Below, piece by piece: positions 27,291-41,013 of a DNA stretch of 64,000 nt. Made by a program: the position numbers and the translations under genes. Under the pieces are notes generated by a model, which did not search any database, was not told the origin of the DNA, and was given only the letters and a program-made list of their open reading frames with translations. The DNA is taken from the NCBI RefSeq assembly GCF_006345805.1, contig NC_042999.1, positions 106,640,001 to 106,704,000 on the forward strand, read 5' to 3'. Every line of letters starts with the position of its first letter. Position 1 is the first letter of the stretch. The stretch is from Octopus sinensis (lineage: Eukaryota).

Positions 27291-27502
27291 AGGCAGCGAG
27301 CTGGCAGAATCATTGGCATGCCAGGCAAAATACTTAGCAGCATTTTACCAATCATTATGTTTTGAGTTCAAATTCCGTCGAGGTCAACTTCGCCTTTCAT
27401 CCTTTCAGGGTCAATAAATTCAGTACCAGTGAAACACTGGGGTCGATGAAATCGACTATCTCCCTCCCCCAAACTTCAGGCCCAGTGCCTATAGTAGAAA
27501 AG

Positions 27503-27550
<48 letters not shown>

Positions 27551-27700
27551 GATGTTGTTGTTGTTGTTGTTGTTCTTGTTCTTGTTAAGATGGCAAATGA
27601 GCAGAATTGTTAACATGCTAGGCAAAATGTTTAGTGACATTTTGTCTGACTTCATGTTCTGAGTTCAAATGCTGCTGGGGTTGACTTTACTTTTCACCCT
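27291..27700 (+). mobile_element. Family A SINE with (ATT)n/(GTT)n tail followed by a second truncated copy
   Basis: Consensus match with CpG-to-TpG/CpA decay. Confidence 0.8.
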
Positions 27701-27879
27701 TCTATCCAACTGGTTAATGTCAAGCAACTGACAAGCAAGTCTGTAGTACTGAGCAGAATATTTGCTGTAGCCCATCTTTCACACCAAGACAAAACAGGTA
27801 CATGATAACATTTCCACTCAGTTTAAGATCAGAAGCCATTACCATTATGCTAGTTCATGTTAAATAAGTTATCTGGTAT

Positions 27880-28720
27880 TTTATCTTGATGTTTGGTGGC
27901 AGCAAGTCCCCTCAAATCTCAAGAATCTTTCTTAGTCTGGCACTTTTCTGCAGGTCAGCAAAGCAAGTTTCAATTCCAATCTCTTTCACTCTTTTAGGTA
28001 GAATTTTGGTTGTTGTACCAAGCATACCTATCACTACAAGAATAATTGTTGTATTGGTCTTCCACATTCTCCACAGATGACTGTTGAGATTCTGGTATTT
28101 GTGAAGATTTTCAATTTCTCTGGTATTGACTCTGCTTTTATAGAGAATTGCAGAATCTATGATCTCACACTGTTTGTTTATTTTGTCCTCTATGATCATA
28201 TCTGGCTTTCTTGTTTCAATGGCATGGGTCAGTCTTTATGGGGAAATCACAAAAGATCATGTAATTTTCATTTACTATCACAGCCTTTGATTCATGTTCA
28301 TACCACTTTCCTGTTGTTTTGAAGCCACATTCTCAGCCAATATCCTAGTATACACTTTGCCTACACAGAAATGTCTATGTTTGTACTCCTTTTGTACTAC
28401 TATACTGTACCCATTCAGAAGTTGATTGATACTCTTATCTCCTTTTCTGCAGATTCTTCATTTGCAGTCTGACTGAGTTTTGTCAATCTTTACCTTCATC
28501 AGATTTGTTCTAAGGACTTTCTCTGAGTGACTATACTTTGGCTCTCATTTCAACTTCTTGTCCATCAGCCACAATCAGCAATCCTTACTTCCAACAATTT
28601 TGGTTTGTTGCATAAATTGACCATGCAAGTTCATTTCTTTCCATTTGTTTATTCTATTCTTTTTTTCTCTTTGAATTCTTCTGTTTCAATCTCTTTTGGG
28701 GTATCTCTGGCTACTGATAG
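27880..28720 (-). pseudogene. Decayed 3' part of an RLE-type LINE (zinc knuckle + restriction-like endonuclease)
   Basis: Minus strand LRTNLMKVKIDKTQSDCK*RIC...KEYKHRH and ORF 27912-28199 (IIDSAI..KY..L..LWRMW....ILVVIGMLG), colinear with the C-terminus of the 56548-58461 ORF. Confidence 0.75.
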
Positions 28721-28739
28721 TATTCTTTCTTTACTCTGT

Positions 28740-30095
28740 AGAGGAGTGGCTGTGTGGTAAGTAGCTTGTTTACCAACCACGTGGTTCTGGGTTCAGTCCC
28801 ACTCTATGGTACCTTGGGCAATTGTCTTCTACTATAGCCTCAGGCCGACCAAAGCCTTGTGAGTGGATTTGGTAGACGGAAACTGAAAGAAGCGGTCATA
28901 TATATATATATATATATATATAAATATATGTATAAATATATATATATACTAGCAGCATAGCCCGGCGTTGCCCGGGTATGTAAGAGCCCCTAGTAGGCAA
29001 CGACTAATCCCAATCTAGTCCTTTCCCGCTAGGGAACAAAGGCGCATGTGTAGGTTGCAATGTCTTCTCTTCACTCCCAAATAACTATCAAACAGCTATC
29101 GATAATTCAACCCAACCAATTCCTACCAGGAAGAAATTACATTCGAGACTTTACCCCTAACACTGCCACTTCTGCTAATAGCTGCTGCAGCCGCAAGTTA
29201 TTTGAATACTTTTTTTGTTTAAACTTTCTTTATAACTACCACCCCAAACGTTTTACCTTAAATTTTTGACGTACCCTGAGGGTCCTCGGACGCTACTTGC
29301 AAACTCTTGGTTAATTATAAACCGCTTTTGTCGTGTGCACCAAAAAGACTTTTCCATTCGTTTGTTCAGTTTGGTCACTTTTGACTTTTTCGTTGTTGTC
29401 ACTCACATTGCTGCCCGCTTTTTTGCCGTTTTTGTACATTTTTATACATTTTGGGATACTTACCCCACGTGTTCCGAGAGTTAAAAAGGTCGAGTTGCGT
29501 CCCCTAGACAGTCTGTGGTTTGTGTTTAATACACAAATCGGTTTGTTATGTGTGCCACATATGATTTAATTAACCGATTTTTTCCAGTAATAAAGTATCC
29601 TATTGGAATAAAAAGGGCCATATAGCTCCGTGGAGCAGACATGATGCTCGCTGTGAATTTTTAAAAAAATTCCTGCTAATTTGTGAATGATATTGTCGAA
29701 AATATGTCATCTTGAATTTGAATGCGATTTCCCAAAATGGCATGATTTTATCGATTTTTTCTGGTGGTAAGGCATTGCATGGAAAACTAACGTCAGAATT
29801 AAGTTTCTTAGGGTAACATTAAGCTTCACCATGAGTTTGGTGAAAATCGATTGCAAGTTGCGAAAACTACAACAAAAAATGTGTTGCATATAAAAAGCTT
29901 AGATTCTCGACCCCATGTCGAATTTATCAATTTTTTCAAAACTGGGGGAACTTTTCAAAATTGTCACTGCGTTAGTTTTGAATTATGACATTGGCTATGT
30001 GTGTGTGTCAAGTTTCATCAGAATCGGTTGAAAGCTGTGGTCAGGGTGAGGGTACAACCTGACAGACACACAGACACACAGACAGACAAACTGCC

Positions 30096-30140
<45 letters not shown>

Positions 30141-30372
30141 TGTATATATATATGTATGTATGTGTATGTTTGTGTGTCTGTGCCCCTCTCCCCCCAGCAT
30201 CACTTGACAACCAATGCTGGTGTGTTTATATCCCCATAACTTAGCGGTTCGGCAAAAGAGACCGATAGAACAAGTACTAAGCTTACAAATAATAAGTCCT
30301 GGGGTCGATTTGCTTGACTAAAGGCGGTGCTCCATCATGGCCACAGTCAAATGACTGAAACAAGTAAAAGGT
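28740..30372 (+). mobile_element. Family B SINE (octopus OR-like), split in its central (TA)n by a Helitron
   Basis: Head GGAGTGGCTGTGTGGTAAG...GGTTCAGTCCC at 28740-28895; tail ...ACAACC.ATGCTGGTGTGTTTA...GACTGAAACAAGTAAAAG at 30170-30372. Confidence 0.85.
28949..30100 (-). mobile_element. Non-autonomous Helitron-like element
   Basis: Minus-strand 3' end: hairpin CCCGG-GCAACG-CCGGG, then 8 nt and CTAG|T; the 5' end merges into (TA)n after a (TGTC)n tract; retains CpGs unlike its surroundings. Confidence 0.75.
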
Positions 30373-30536
30373 CCTGGTATTTTGCTACTTTCTCTTTCCC
30401 TCTCATATTGACTTTCCATTTGATACTGCAAAGTCAATTATCTGGCACTTCCTATTTCCTTTGTCTCCTACTACTAAATCATGCCTTCTAGTAATGCCTT
30501 CTATTACTATGTTTGTCTGAAAGTTAAAATCCCATT

Positions 30537-30590
<54 letters not shown>

Positions 30591-30760
30591 GATGAGGATG
30601 ATGACAACGATGATGACAACAATGATGATGAGGATGACGATGATAGTGATGGTGGTGATGATGGTGAAGGTGGTGGCAGCAGTGGTGGTGGTGGTGGTGG
30701 TATTGGTGGTGGTGGTGGTGGTGGTGGTGGTGGATTTGGAGGTGGTGGTGTTGGTGATGA
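30537..30760. repeat. (TTA)n/(GAT)n/(GGT)n compound array
   Basis: Direct reading. Confidence 0.95.
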
Positions 30761-31848
30761 ATTTTAACAATTGAGGTCAGACATATATATAATTCACATG
30801 AAAGAAGAAACGAAGGCATATTTACTTTAGCATTGGTCTGATGTTTATTTACACTAAAGAGGATGAGAATAGTGTTTGTTGAAATCAAGTTAACAACTGA
30901 GATTTCACTTAGTTTATTTATCTCGTTGTAGTATTTATTTATTCATATTGTAAAAGGTTATATTTGTTGAATCTGACAGCATCCTTGAGAGACACAATGA
31001 AGTTCAATACTGATGTGATGTGAATATGTCAATACACCTTGACATGAAGAGGTGATGATTAAACAAAAGATTGTTATATTTCAAGAACTTACCTTCTCTA
31101 AATGTGCCTCGATAGATTTAATGCATTAAAAGGATGATACAAGATTAACAAAGACCATTTCATATTGCATCAAATATAAAATAGTTGAATTAAGTTTGTA
31201 TCATACTATTCATTTTAGTTTCATGAATAATTGTACCTAGACCAACAATACAGAAAGAACTGTCAAGAACTGTAGACTATCAAACTTTTCAGTGGTATAT
31301 TATATTTTGCTTCATTCATTCATGTACCAAGTTCAAATCTTACTTGTATTTACTTTTCCTTCTAAGATCTTTAGAGTTAATAAAATAAATGTTAGTGGTT
31401 TACTGGAGTCTTTTAATAAACACTATTCTATCTCCTATAAACTATAGATCTTGTACCAAAGTCACAATCATAACGAAGAGGAAATCAATAATTCTGTTTG
31501 AGTGAGAAGTTCAATTCCTAACCATATGGTTTCTGTTTCAATTCCATTGTGCAGCAACTTTGTCACTTTGTTCATCTACCTATAGTCCTAGGCTAACGAA
31601 AACCTACAAAAACTGAAAGAGGTCTGTTGTATAATTATCTATAAGTAGGTGTGCATAGAGATGCGTATATGTGTGCATGGAGCTGTGTGTTCTTTGTTTT
31701 GACATTACATTATTGTTGCAAATGAACACCACCATTATACAAACGTTATTGTTCATTAGCAATCTTCCACGAAAATGTGTCGAACCATGGGGAAATATTT
31801 ACAATACATGGAAGCAAGTGAGGGTTGGCAGCAGAAAGGGTATTCATC

Positions 31849-32715
31849 TGTATCAGAAGTGTTTAGTGCTTTTATATATTTGGTTGTTTAAGCTTAAATA
31901 CAGCAGAATGGGCGCACCAGACCTTTTCTTTCCATTGAGTCACATGGTTCATTCAGTGGCTTGCCAAATTAGTTGCATGTATTGGTTGGTTACTTACTTT
32001 CCAATACATGCAACTAGTTTGGCAAGCCACTAGATCATGTGACTCAATGGAAAGAAAAATTCTGGTGAGTCCATTCTGCTGTATTTAAGCTTAAGCAACC
32101 AAACATATAAGAGCATTACACACTTCTGCTATATCACTCCCCTGCGGGTGGTCACCAATTATAACAGGGAATAGCAAAGGCTAAGATTTTAGATAAGTTG
32201 AATAAGCGATGATTTATTCCTCCCATTATAAAAATAAGATTGCCAAAAGAGAATGGTGATTATATTATAGTTGGGAACAATGATTTAAATGACTTAAGTT
32301 CTGCTGGGTCTAGTGATGTATCTGTGGTCTGCTGCCTGTCACAGTAAAGATGAAGACTGGATAAGGCTGGTTGAAGAAAGTTGTGAGACAGGCTGGATTT
32401 CTGGGTCATCGATGCTAGTCCAAAGAGATGTAGTGTATGTTGTCAATGGCTGCTCCCAAAGACCTAGGTAAGCAGAATACAAAGGTTTTTATGACCTTGG
32501 GTAGGCTCCAGAGACAAAAATGGTCTTTTCATCATTGAAAACAAACTGTTGCAAACACACGATTGGACAGTTAGTAACTGACCAATACATGCAACTAGTT
32601 TGGCAAGCCACTGGATCATGTGATTCAAGGGAAAAAAAAGGTCTGGTGAGCCCCTTCTGCAGCATTTAAGCCTAATCAACCAAACATAATAAGAGCATTA
32701 CAAACTTCTGCCACA
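31849..32715 (-). mobile_element. TRIM-like LTR element: 5' LTR 32160-32715, 26-bp PBS+PPT interior, partial 3' LTR about 32000-32133, inverted LTR fragment 31849-31986
   Basis: Minus strand TGTGGCAGAAG...TGTTATA | AT TGGTGACCACCCG CAGGGGAGTGA | TATAGCAGAAG...; the roughly 130-bp LTR start is present three times (two direct, one inverted); it interrupts a SINE-like repeat. Confidence 0.6.
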
Positions 32716-32827
32716 TAGAAAATCTGCCTCAAGGAATTATGTCTAACCCATGCAACCATAGAAAAGTGATGGTGATGATGATGACGACGACGACGATGAC
32801 GATGATGATGATGATGATGATGATGAA

Positions 32828-32859
<32 letters not shown>

Positions 32860-33402
32860 CATGTAATGTACCAGTCAAGAACTAGAGTTGATTTAGTTGA
32901 CTGGTACTTATGTATCCAATACTTCTTCAGCAGCTACATTATTTTCTATGAGGAGAGCTGCTACTCAAACAATTATTAGAACTGAAAAACAGTGCATCCA
33001 CAGAAAGAAATATCAATAAAAGAAAAACAGTGTAATAGGAATTACTTTCAGAACATTTAAAGTGAATGAAGATGCCAGGGAGTTGTGTCTATAATCAACT
33101 TTGAAAAATGCTTAGATAGCTCAGAGTTTTATTTTATTTATTTATTTATCTTATAAATCAGTTCTTTTACTTTTGTAAATAAAATTTTGACATATATTGC
33201 CATGACAAGGACAACTGATCTGACAATGCATACATTTATAAATTTATATAATTCGTATCAGGCATTTTTTAAAATTGCATCATTGGTTGTAGGCTTCCAA
33301 TGAGATGCTCACTGAATCTGCTGCATTTCCAATGGGAAAAAAGACAAGGAAATGTATGAGCATCTCAGGCAGAATAAAAACCACAAAGTATGATAGATTT
33401 CC

Positions 33403-33794
33403 GGTGCAGGAGTGGCTGTGTGGTAAGTAGCTTGCTTACCAACCACATGGTTCCAGGTTCGTTCCCACTACGTGGCACCTTGGGCAAGTGTCGTCTATTA
33501 TAGCCTCAGGCCGACCAAAGCCTTGTGAGTGGATTTGGTAGACGGAAACTGAAAGAAGCCCGCCATATATATGTATATATATATATGTTTGTGTGTCTGT
33601 GTTTGTCCCCCATCATTGCTTGACAACCGATGGTGGTGTGTTTACGTCCCCGTAACTTAGCAGTTTGGCAAAAAAAGACTGATAGTATAAGTACTAGGCT
33701 TCCAAAGAATAAATCCTGGCGACGATTTGCTCAACTAAAGGCAGTGCTCCAGCATAGCCGCAGTCAAATGACTGAAACAAGTAAAAGAGTAAAG
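33403..33794 (+). mobile_element. Full-length family B SINE
   Basis: tRNA-like head with A/B-box-like motifs, central (TA)n/(TG)n, conserved tail. Confidence 0.85.
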
Positions 33795-35125
33795 ATTATC
33801 TTGTCTACTGCATTTTACTTACAATGCTATGGAATATGATATGTGTCAAAAGTGTTGCATAGTGGAATCAAACCCAAAATCACATAAACTTGAAGCAAAT
33901 TTCTTAAATACATATTTCACTGAATACTGATGCCTAGTGTTGTCCGTATTTTCTCAAGCTATCCAAAAAATCTACTTCTGCCATCCTTTCTATTTCATTA
34001 ATGTAGAACCATGAGTAGATCTTCCTGAGTTGAGAAATATCGTTAGTATCTAATTGTATCTAGCCTATCTTTCTTATGAGCATGCTTTCAAAACTTTAAG
34101 TGGCTATCATGTTAAAAAACTGTAGGGCAGTCTGTTGACAGAGATATAGCAGACACTGAAAAGAATAACTGACAATGCAGAGATTTTCTTACTGGCACAG
34201 TTCAAATTAGTTCCTAAACCACATCACTTTTCAGACAAAAATAGCTAATAATGGTTAAAACCTTTTTAGATTATACTGCTGAAAGATAACAAATTGTATA
34301 TTTGTAACTTCTACTATTAAATTTTATCCATTTTTTATTGATTTTACTATATTGATTATAACATGTTATTTAATTTTCCAGCAAGAAAATCTCCATGTAT
34401 ATGCTCTGGAAATAGCAAACAATTTACAAACTACTATTTTGTATATTCAGAATTAACAGCTTATACATTACTATTAAAATATACATTCAAATCTAGAAGA
34501 TAAATAGATGAGGTCGATAATGTCAAAAAGTCATAAACTTGTCTTGCTCACTGACTTAGAGCATAGATTTCTCCTGAAAAGTTGATATTCACCATTAGGT
34601 CACTGAGAAAGAAAAAAAAAGATGAATTCTTTATTTCTTATTAGTGAAAGATATAAAAGCCATCACCATAAAAATCTCTTCCATAAAATATATTAATGAT
34701 GTGATCAATGATAATAAACAGAACTTTTGCCAAGATGATAAATATCAGTTTTGTGTAGTAGATAAAACTAAATTTGTGTCCAACACAATTTTAGTCAAGC
34801 TTTTGTCTTTGTCACCAATCATATCATGCTGTTTTCTGGGTGAGTTTCACAGTTAAGATCTTACATCTTTTATAAAATTAATCAATCAAATATTAGTGCT
34901 ACAAATCGGCTCTTTTATATCAAAATATAAACATTATTAACAAACCAGAAAATATATTATTTATATTCATTTTGTTAAGGTTTCTGAAAGCACTTTAACA
35001 ATTCAGTATTTTTGTTGAATGTTTAAATAGAGTAATTTTGGTTTAGTTGTTTTCTTTAATATGAAATAAAGATAACTAAAATATCTTGTGTTTTGTATTT
35101 TATACATTGTTTGCACTTTATTTAG

Positions 35126-35185
35126 AGAAATTGTCAGATACAAAATATTTGAATCTGGATAAAATGGGACATATTAACAATGCAG
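35126..35185 (+). other. Candidate short exon
   Basis: TTGCACTTTATTTAG acceptor, CAG|GTAAAA donor, contains an ATG; unique sequence. Confidence 0.25.
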
Positions 35186-35739
35186 GTAAAAGAGGCAGAA
35201 GAAAAGGAAAATCAATTCTCTGAATAATAAATCTCCTTGATTTATGTTGTCTACAATAGCACACCTTTATCTTAAATAGATAAACGCAGTTAAATTTTAT
35301 TAGAGAAGAATTGTCTGTATTAGCATTGCATAAATCAAAGGTTTGTATTGAGAAGATTCAACTGTACTAATTTCTAAGTTTATATTGCATGTATTTATAT
35401 TTTCTATACATCTACAATATCTCACTATGAAATATTTATGACTAATAGTCGTAATTCACATAGGTTGGCATTAAAATATAACCATTTTCTATTCCTTCAG
35501 TTTGTTTCACTTTTGTAGTAGCCTTCCTCTGTTACATAGCCCCTGGAAATATTTCAATATTTCAAAGTAAACTTAAGATAAAGCACATTTTCTTTCCTTC
35601 CTTCCATCAGTAATTAGATGTTTATTAAGTTCCTACTAAATTTATAGTGGGATTATTCAAAATATTTATGTAATTTCTTAATATTCAGTCATCAGCTAGA
35701 AAACCCAAAATATTTATGTTTAATTATGTGTGTGTGTGC

Positions 35740-35779
<40 letters not shown>

Positions 35780-35829
35780 ATCATCATTATCATTATCATA
35801 ATCTAGATAACATGTCCAAGAAAGTGAAT

Positions 35830-36300
35830 AGAAAAGTGCATAGAAAGAGAAGAATCAGCAGGAAACGATTCAAGACAGTGAGAGGGAGATATAAGCATGG
35901 GATGGAAGCAGTCAGATTGATATAGGAAATAAGTGTAGTAAATGAGTTGTGGGAAAATGACAATGATGGGAGGATATCAATTGAGAACTACTCAGTAAAG
36001 AGTGAGTGGTTGCTGGCAGTACAGAAATAGTAATACTAAACAGTTTGTAGTAACAGGTTCTAATTCCATTACTTACAACAGCAGAATAATACTGTAGATA
36101 GACAGAGATGGGGAATTGAGTGATAAGGAAAGGATGGGTGGAGTTCAAGTCTCCAAGAGTGAAGAGAAGAAACTGAGAGATGCATGAAACAGAGGTGTCG
36201 GGGTCAGTGGCAAAAATGATAGCAAATATGGTTTGGGTTGTGATGAGAGGCTTAGGGAAGGAAAAGGTAAAATACAATTGTAGACTTGATAATGTCACTT
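35830..36300 (-). pseudogene. Decayed APE-endonuclease fragment of a LINE (I/Jockey-like)
   Basis: LGDLNSTHP resembles the GDFNAHHP motif; HHCHFP resembles the SDHFP motif. Confidence 0.45.
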
Positions 36301-36804
36301 AGTTCACTGAGTGAAGGACTTAGATGTATGTATAGTGTGCATATGCATGCTTGTATAACAGCAGGTGAGTGCATACACATTTTAAAACTTTTTTCTGTGC
36401 TAGCATAGTTGGGCAGGTTTTCTTGACCCCTGCATATCACCAAATCATTTCAATCTTTTGTCATTTCCTTCTTCTCCAAATTCCATCTAATGTAAGCAAT
36501 CGGCACTTCTTTATACAAATATTCTATTCCATACAATTCCCATGGCTAAACCAATGCAGCCTTTTCTCATGCATGCTACATTGGATTTCTCTTATGTTCA
36601 GTGTTTATCTCAGCAAATTTATACTTTACCATTCAAGCACTCTAATTTTACACTTTCAGTGAATCATGCTTAGAACGTTAAGTTTCTACCATGTGAGTCT
36701 TGAATGCATGTAACATATTGTCGTTGATGGTTGTGGTGTTTAGCCATAGGTTATCCTTGGCTGAGCCAATGACCTATGACCAAAAATCTTCAAGATATAG
36801 AGAT

Positions 36805-37021
36805 ATTGGTTTCAAATTTTGGCTCTCGGCCACCAAGTTCTGGGGAAGGGGCTAAGTTGATTACATCAACCCCAGTGTTCAGCTGGTACTTATTTTATTG
36901 GCCCCAAGTGGATGAAAGACAAAGCCAACTTTGGCTGAATTTGAACTCAGAACATAAAGATGGACAAATGCCACTAATCATTTTGCCCGGCATGCTAATG
37001 ATTCTGCCAGCTCCCCACCTT
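36805..37021 (-). mobile_element. Family A SINE
   Basis: Reverse-complement consensus match. Confidence 0.8.
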
Positions 37022-39844
37022 AGATACAATTGCATTATTAGACAATTTATATAATATGAATATATAGTAATATATCTGGATGAATTCTAAATAAATGCTT
37101 GAGTTCTCCAGAATTGGTGAACTTGATGCAATAAATGCTATATTTAAATTTTTACAGGTTAACACTTGCAGGAAAGATATAGCAATCACATATTTCTATG
37201 TAGCTTTTTCATCATTTTTAAGATTGCATGGTACAATTTGAGAGACATTTGTATGCTAATTCTAACAGGTCTTATAAGCATAATGACGCTTCTCCAGTTG
37301 ATATAAATATCAATGACATACTGTATGATTGATTCAGTTATGTCTATAATTGTCCCTAATAAAAACTATCCTTGCATCTAAATCAGAAATGCGCTGTTGA
37401 CCTGCTAAAAGTAACAGCCAAATCTGCTTCAAACCACATCTTGCAGGCTCAAAAGCAGCACACTAGATAACATGGCCAAGGGTGTACTGTGTCCGAAAAA
37501 CAAGAGAAAATGAAATGTTCATGGTTGAAATGTTTTTGATAACAGGTCCATTCAATCCATTCAAAACAGCAGTCAATGAGACAATGAGCCTTTCTGTATG
37601 ATTGCTTTTAGAAATAGGAACCAAACTCTTAGCAAACTTTTCTGCAACCTTGAAAGGAAATGCATTGGATAATGTAGTCTAGCATGTAGCGTATCACAGA
37701 AAAATACAAGATATCCATGGCAGGAATATTTATTACTATAGGTGTTTGCCTAATCAGAGCACCTTAGAGCAAAAACAAAAAAAAACAAACAAACAGCATC
37801 AACACTTATACATCAATAGTGTTAAGATAATTACTGTCAGTTAAATTTCTAATGTGCATTTAAAAGCCATAGCAGTATTAATGTAAAGAAGCTGAATAAA
37901 TGACTTGGAAAGTGTAAAAAAATATTGGTTGATCTAGTCAAGAAAGATTAGTTAAATTAGATTAAACAACATCTGTTTGGTCAAAAATAGTTGCAAGTTA
38001 TTGTCTGGTGAAATTGGGATTAGTCATAGGAAAATAAAGACATTAAGTAGATAATATATTGTGTATGATCTTGAAGATCTAGTGATTATAAAAGAACTAA
38101 GTGTAATTGCAACTAAGTGTAATTGAAGCCAAAGCTGTCTTGACCATGATTTTTAGTACCAGTACCTACCACGAACTGGTGTTTACATTAGTGATTACTA
38201 TTCTCTCTCTTTACCAAATCTATGATATATTTTTTAATGTTTAAGTCAGAAAAATTAAAGAAAGCAGTGCTTATAACACTTCACAGTGCAATTGAAACTG
38301 GCAGTAGAAAATTAGGTTGTGTGTGTGCATGCATGTGTGTGAGTGCAGGCATGCATTGTGTACATCATCATCATCGTTTTATTCCAACTTTTCATGCTTG
38401 CATGGCTTGGACAGGTTGTCACAGTACAGTGTGAGTCATTTCTTTTCGGGAGCCACTGTTCTCACAGACTGGTACTTATACATGTCATGTGGGTTGGTTT
38501 CTACAATTGGACGCCCTTCTTATCAATTACCACTTTACAGAGTCTACTGGGCACATTTTCTTGTGGCACCAATACTGAAAATATTGATAAGTCCTTGACA
38601 AGACAGGACTAGTACGACCTCACAACTCTACACTTGCTCCATTCATTTGGGAACTACTTTACAGTATGCAGTGAATGTATTTTTATGGTACCAATCATGG
38701 AGAATTTCTCCAACTGACTAATTACTTAAGACAAGAAGAGACAGGGCACCAGCACAAGAAGGGTTTACCTTGTGCACAGAGTTTGTACAGAATACTCAGT
38801 AACATAAGATGTGTGGACAAAGGATCAAAATAGGAGATAGTTTGATGACAGCAGGAATGGTTGGGTGAGAGGGTTAATATTGTAAGTGTTAATAACCTAA
38901 TGCATGTAGATTCGCTCATATTACTAAGAGGAGACAGAGAAATTGTGGCAGAAAAACCAGAATGGTTGGCTAAAAAGAGTAAGAGAACGATGAATAAGGC
39001 AGGTATATTGGTGTGGTGTAGGGAGGAGAGTAACCAACAATATCAAAGGTGGATAAAGGTAAGTGTAGCTGATGTGTGTGAAACAGAAGTAACCCAGAGA
39101 AGAGGGAGCTGAATTACTAAGCAGCATTGATCATCTTGCAATAATTGTTGAAGAAGGCATCATTCAACTGATTGTGGTTTCTATAACAATCTATCAAGGA
39201 AGACAGGCACATATCTTCAGCTACACATTCTAACAGATACAATGAAATGCTAGTAGCAGATGAATTCGATAATCTTTGAGTGACAAATATTTGGATGGAG
39301 AATGTCAATTGAATATTATTATCCTTTCTTATTTTAGTTTTATATTCAATCTCAGATTTGAATATGTAGTGGAAATAATGAGAATTTTAGCAAAACGAGA
39401 AAGGCTATGAGTAAAGGGAAATGAAGATTCAATATTTCTTTTCATTTTCAGAATAGTGAAATGCATAATTATGTTGAAGTTATGAAAGTTATAACGCAAA
39501 AACATATAAAGTTAGAATTTAATGTAGCTAATCGATATTTTTCATCTATCAGAAATACTAAGAAGTTAACATAACTCACAAGGATGGAGAAATTTATTTC
39601 ATCATAAAAATGCTGGCAATGAGTAATTAGAGAGCCATTATATCTCCATAAATTGAATGAAGTAAACATTTCTCTTCTAACTAGCTAACATTTACAATTT
39701 GATAAAGTTCCTGATAAAATACCATAAAAAGTGGGCTTATTTGTGGCCTCATTTCTAATACAGAATGTTAATCATAATTTTCATCGTTTCATAAAATATA
39801 ATTAGAAAGAGACTGAAACTTAGAAATATACACATACTCAAAAA

Positions 39845-39854
39845 TACATGCATG

Positions 39855-39890
<36 letters not shown>

Positions 39891-40026
39891 CATGCATACA
39901 TAAATACATACATACATTCATGCATACATGCATACATACATACGTACATACGTACATACGTACATACATGCATACATACATACATACATACATACATACA
40001 TACATACATACATACATACATACATA
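39845..40026. repeat. (TA)n/(TACA)n microsatellite
   Basis: Direct reading. Confidence 0.95.
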
Positions 40027-40109
40027 GTAGAATAATGAATGGAATGAGAAATAAGGAAAGCTTTTAACAATGCAGAATTTTATTTTTTTTTAAATCCTTT
40101 ATATTTCAG

Positions 40110-40450
40110 GTACAAAGGCCTATCTTCAGAAGAATACAGTCAAAGAAATGCTTATTTACATAGATCCTGCCATTTTGGATAGTCCAGTGCTTGTAGTAGT
40201 AGCAGAAGCTTCTGAAATGCCATAGAAGTCACGTTGGGAACAGTAAAGACAGGCTGTAGGTTGGCATCAGTGATGGTGAAGGCAGTATGAAGACATCATC
40301 CTCAACAAATGCCTTCACCAACACTGCTGCCAATCGATAGCCAGTCTTCATTCACAGCACCACTGTCCCTAATCTAATCTCTGCAACACCAACTACACCA
40401 GCATTTGGGGAGCTGTTGCAACTAGCAAAATCACCACACTGTCCAAAATG
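40110..40450 (+). other. Candidate 341-bp exon (non-coding or 5' UTR ending in ATG)
   Basis: Strong acceptor TTTTTTTTTAAATCCTTTATATTTCAG|G; GC-richer unique sequence; ends AAAATG|GTAGGA; stops in all three plus-strand frames. Confidence 0.4.
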
Positions 40451-40625
40451 GTAGGACCTACGTAAATACACATTTCTTTGAATAAATTTCTTCTGAATAT
40501 AGGCCTTTGCACTCAAAGTATGAAGGTTCTTTTAGACTTTATGTATTGTTAGAAACCTTCTTTATTTCTCCTTTCATTCATTATTCTGCTTCTGTTCTAA
40601 AATGCTCAAAATAAATTACAATGTT

Positions 40626-41010
40626 CTGTGTGGTAAGAAGCTTGCTTCCCAACTGCATGTTTATGGGTTCAGTCCCAATGCATGGCTCCTTGGGCAAGTG
40701 TCTCCTATTTTAGCCTCGGGCTGACCAACACCTTGTTAGTGGATTTGGTAGATAGAAGCTGAAATAAGCCCATCGTGTATAGATATGTATTTATTTATGT
40801 ATATGTATGTCTGTTTGTCCCCTGCCATCGCTTGACAACCAATGCTGGTGTGTTTACATCCATGAAACTTAGTGGTTTGACAAAAGCGACTGATAGAATA
40901 AGTACTAGGCTTACAAAGAATAAGTCTTGGGCTTGATTTCTTCGACTAACGGTGGTACTCCAGCATGGCCATTGTCATATGACTGAAACAAGCAACAAAG
41001 TAAAAGAGTG
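40626..41010 (+). mobile_element. Family B SINE
   Basis: Consensus match. Confidence 0.8.
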
Positions 41011-41013
41011 TTC

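Noticed and set aside
33292-33400. Short open frame ASNEMLTESAAFPMGKKTRK after a TAG acceptor
   Set aside because: Weak polypyrimidine tract, no recognisable domain, runs into a SINE.
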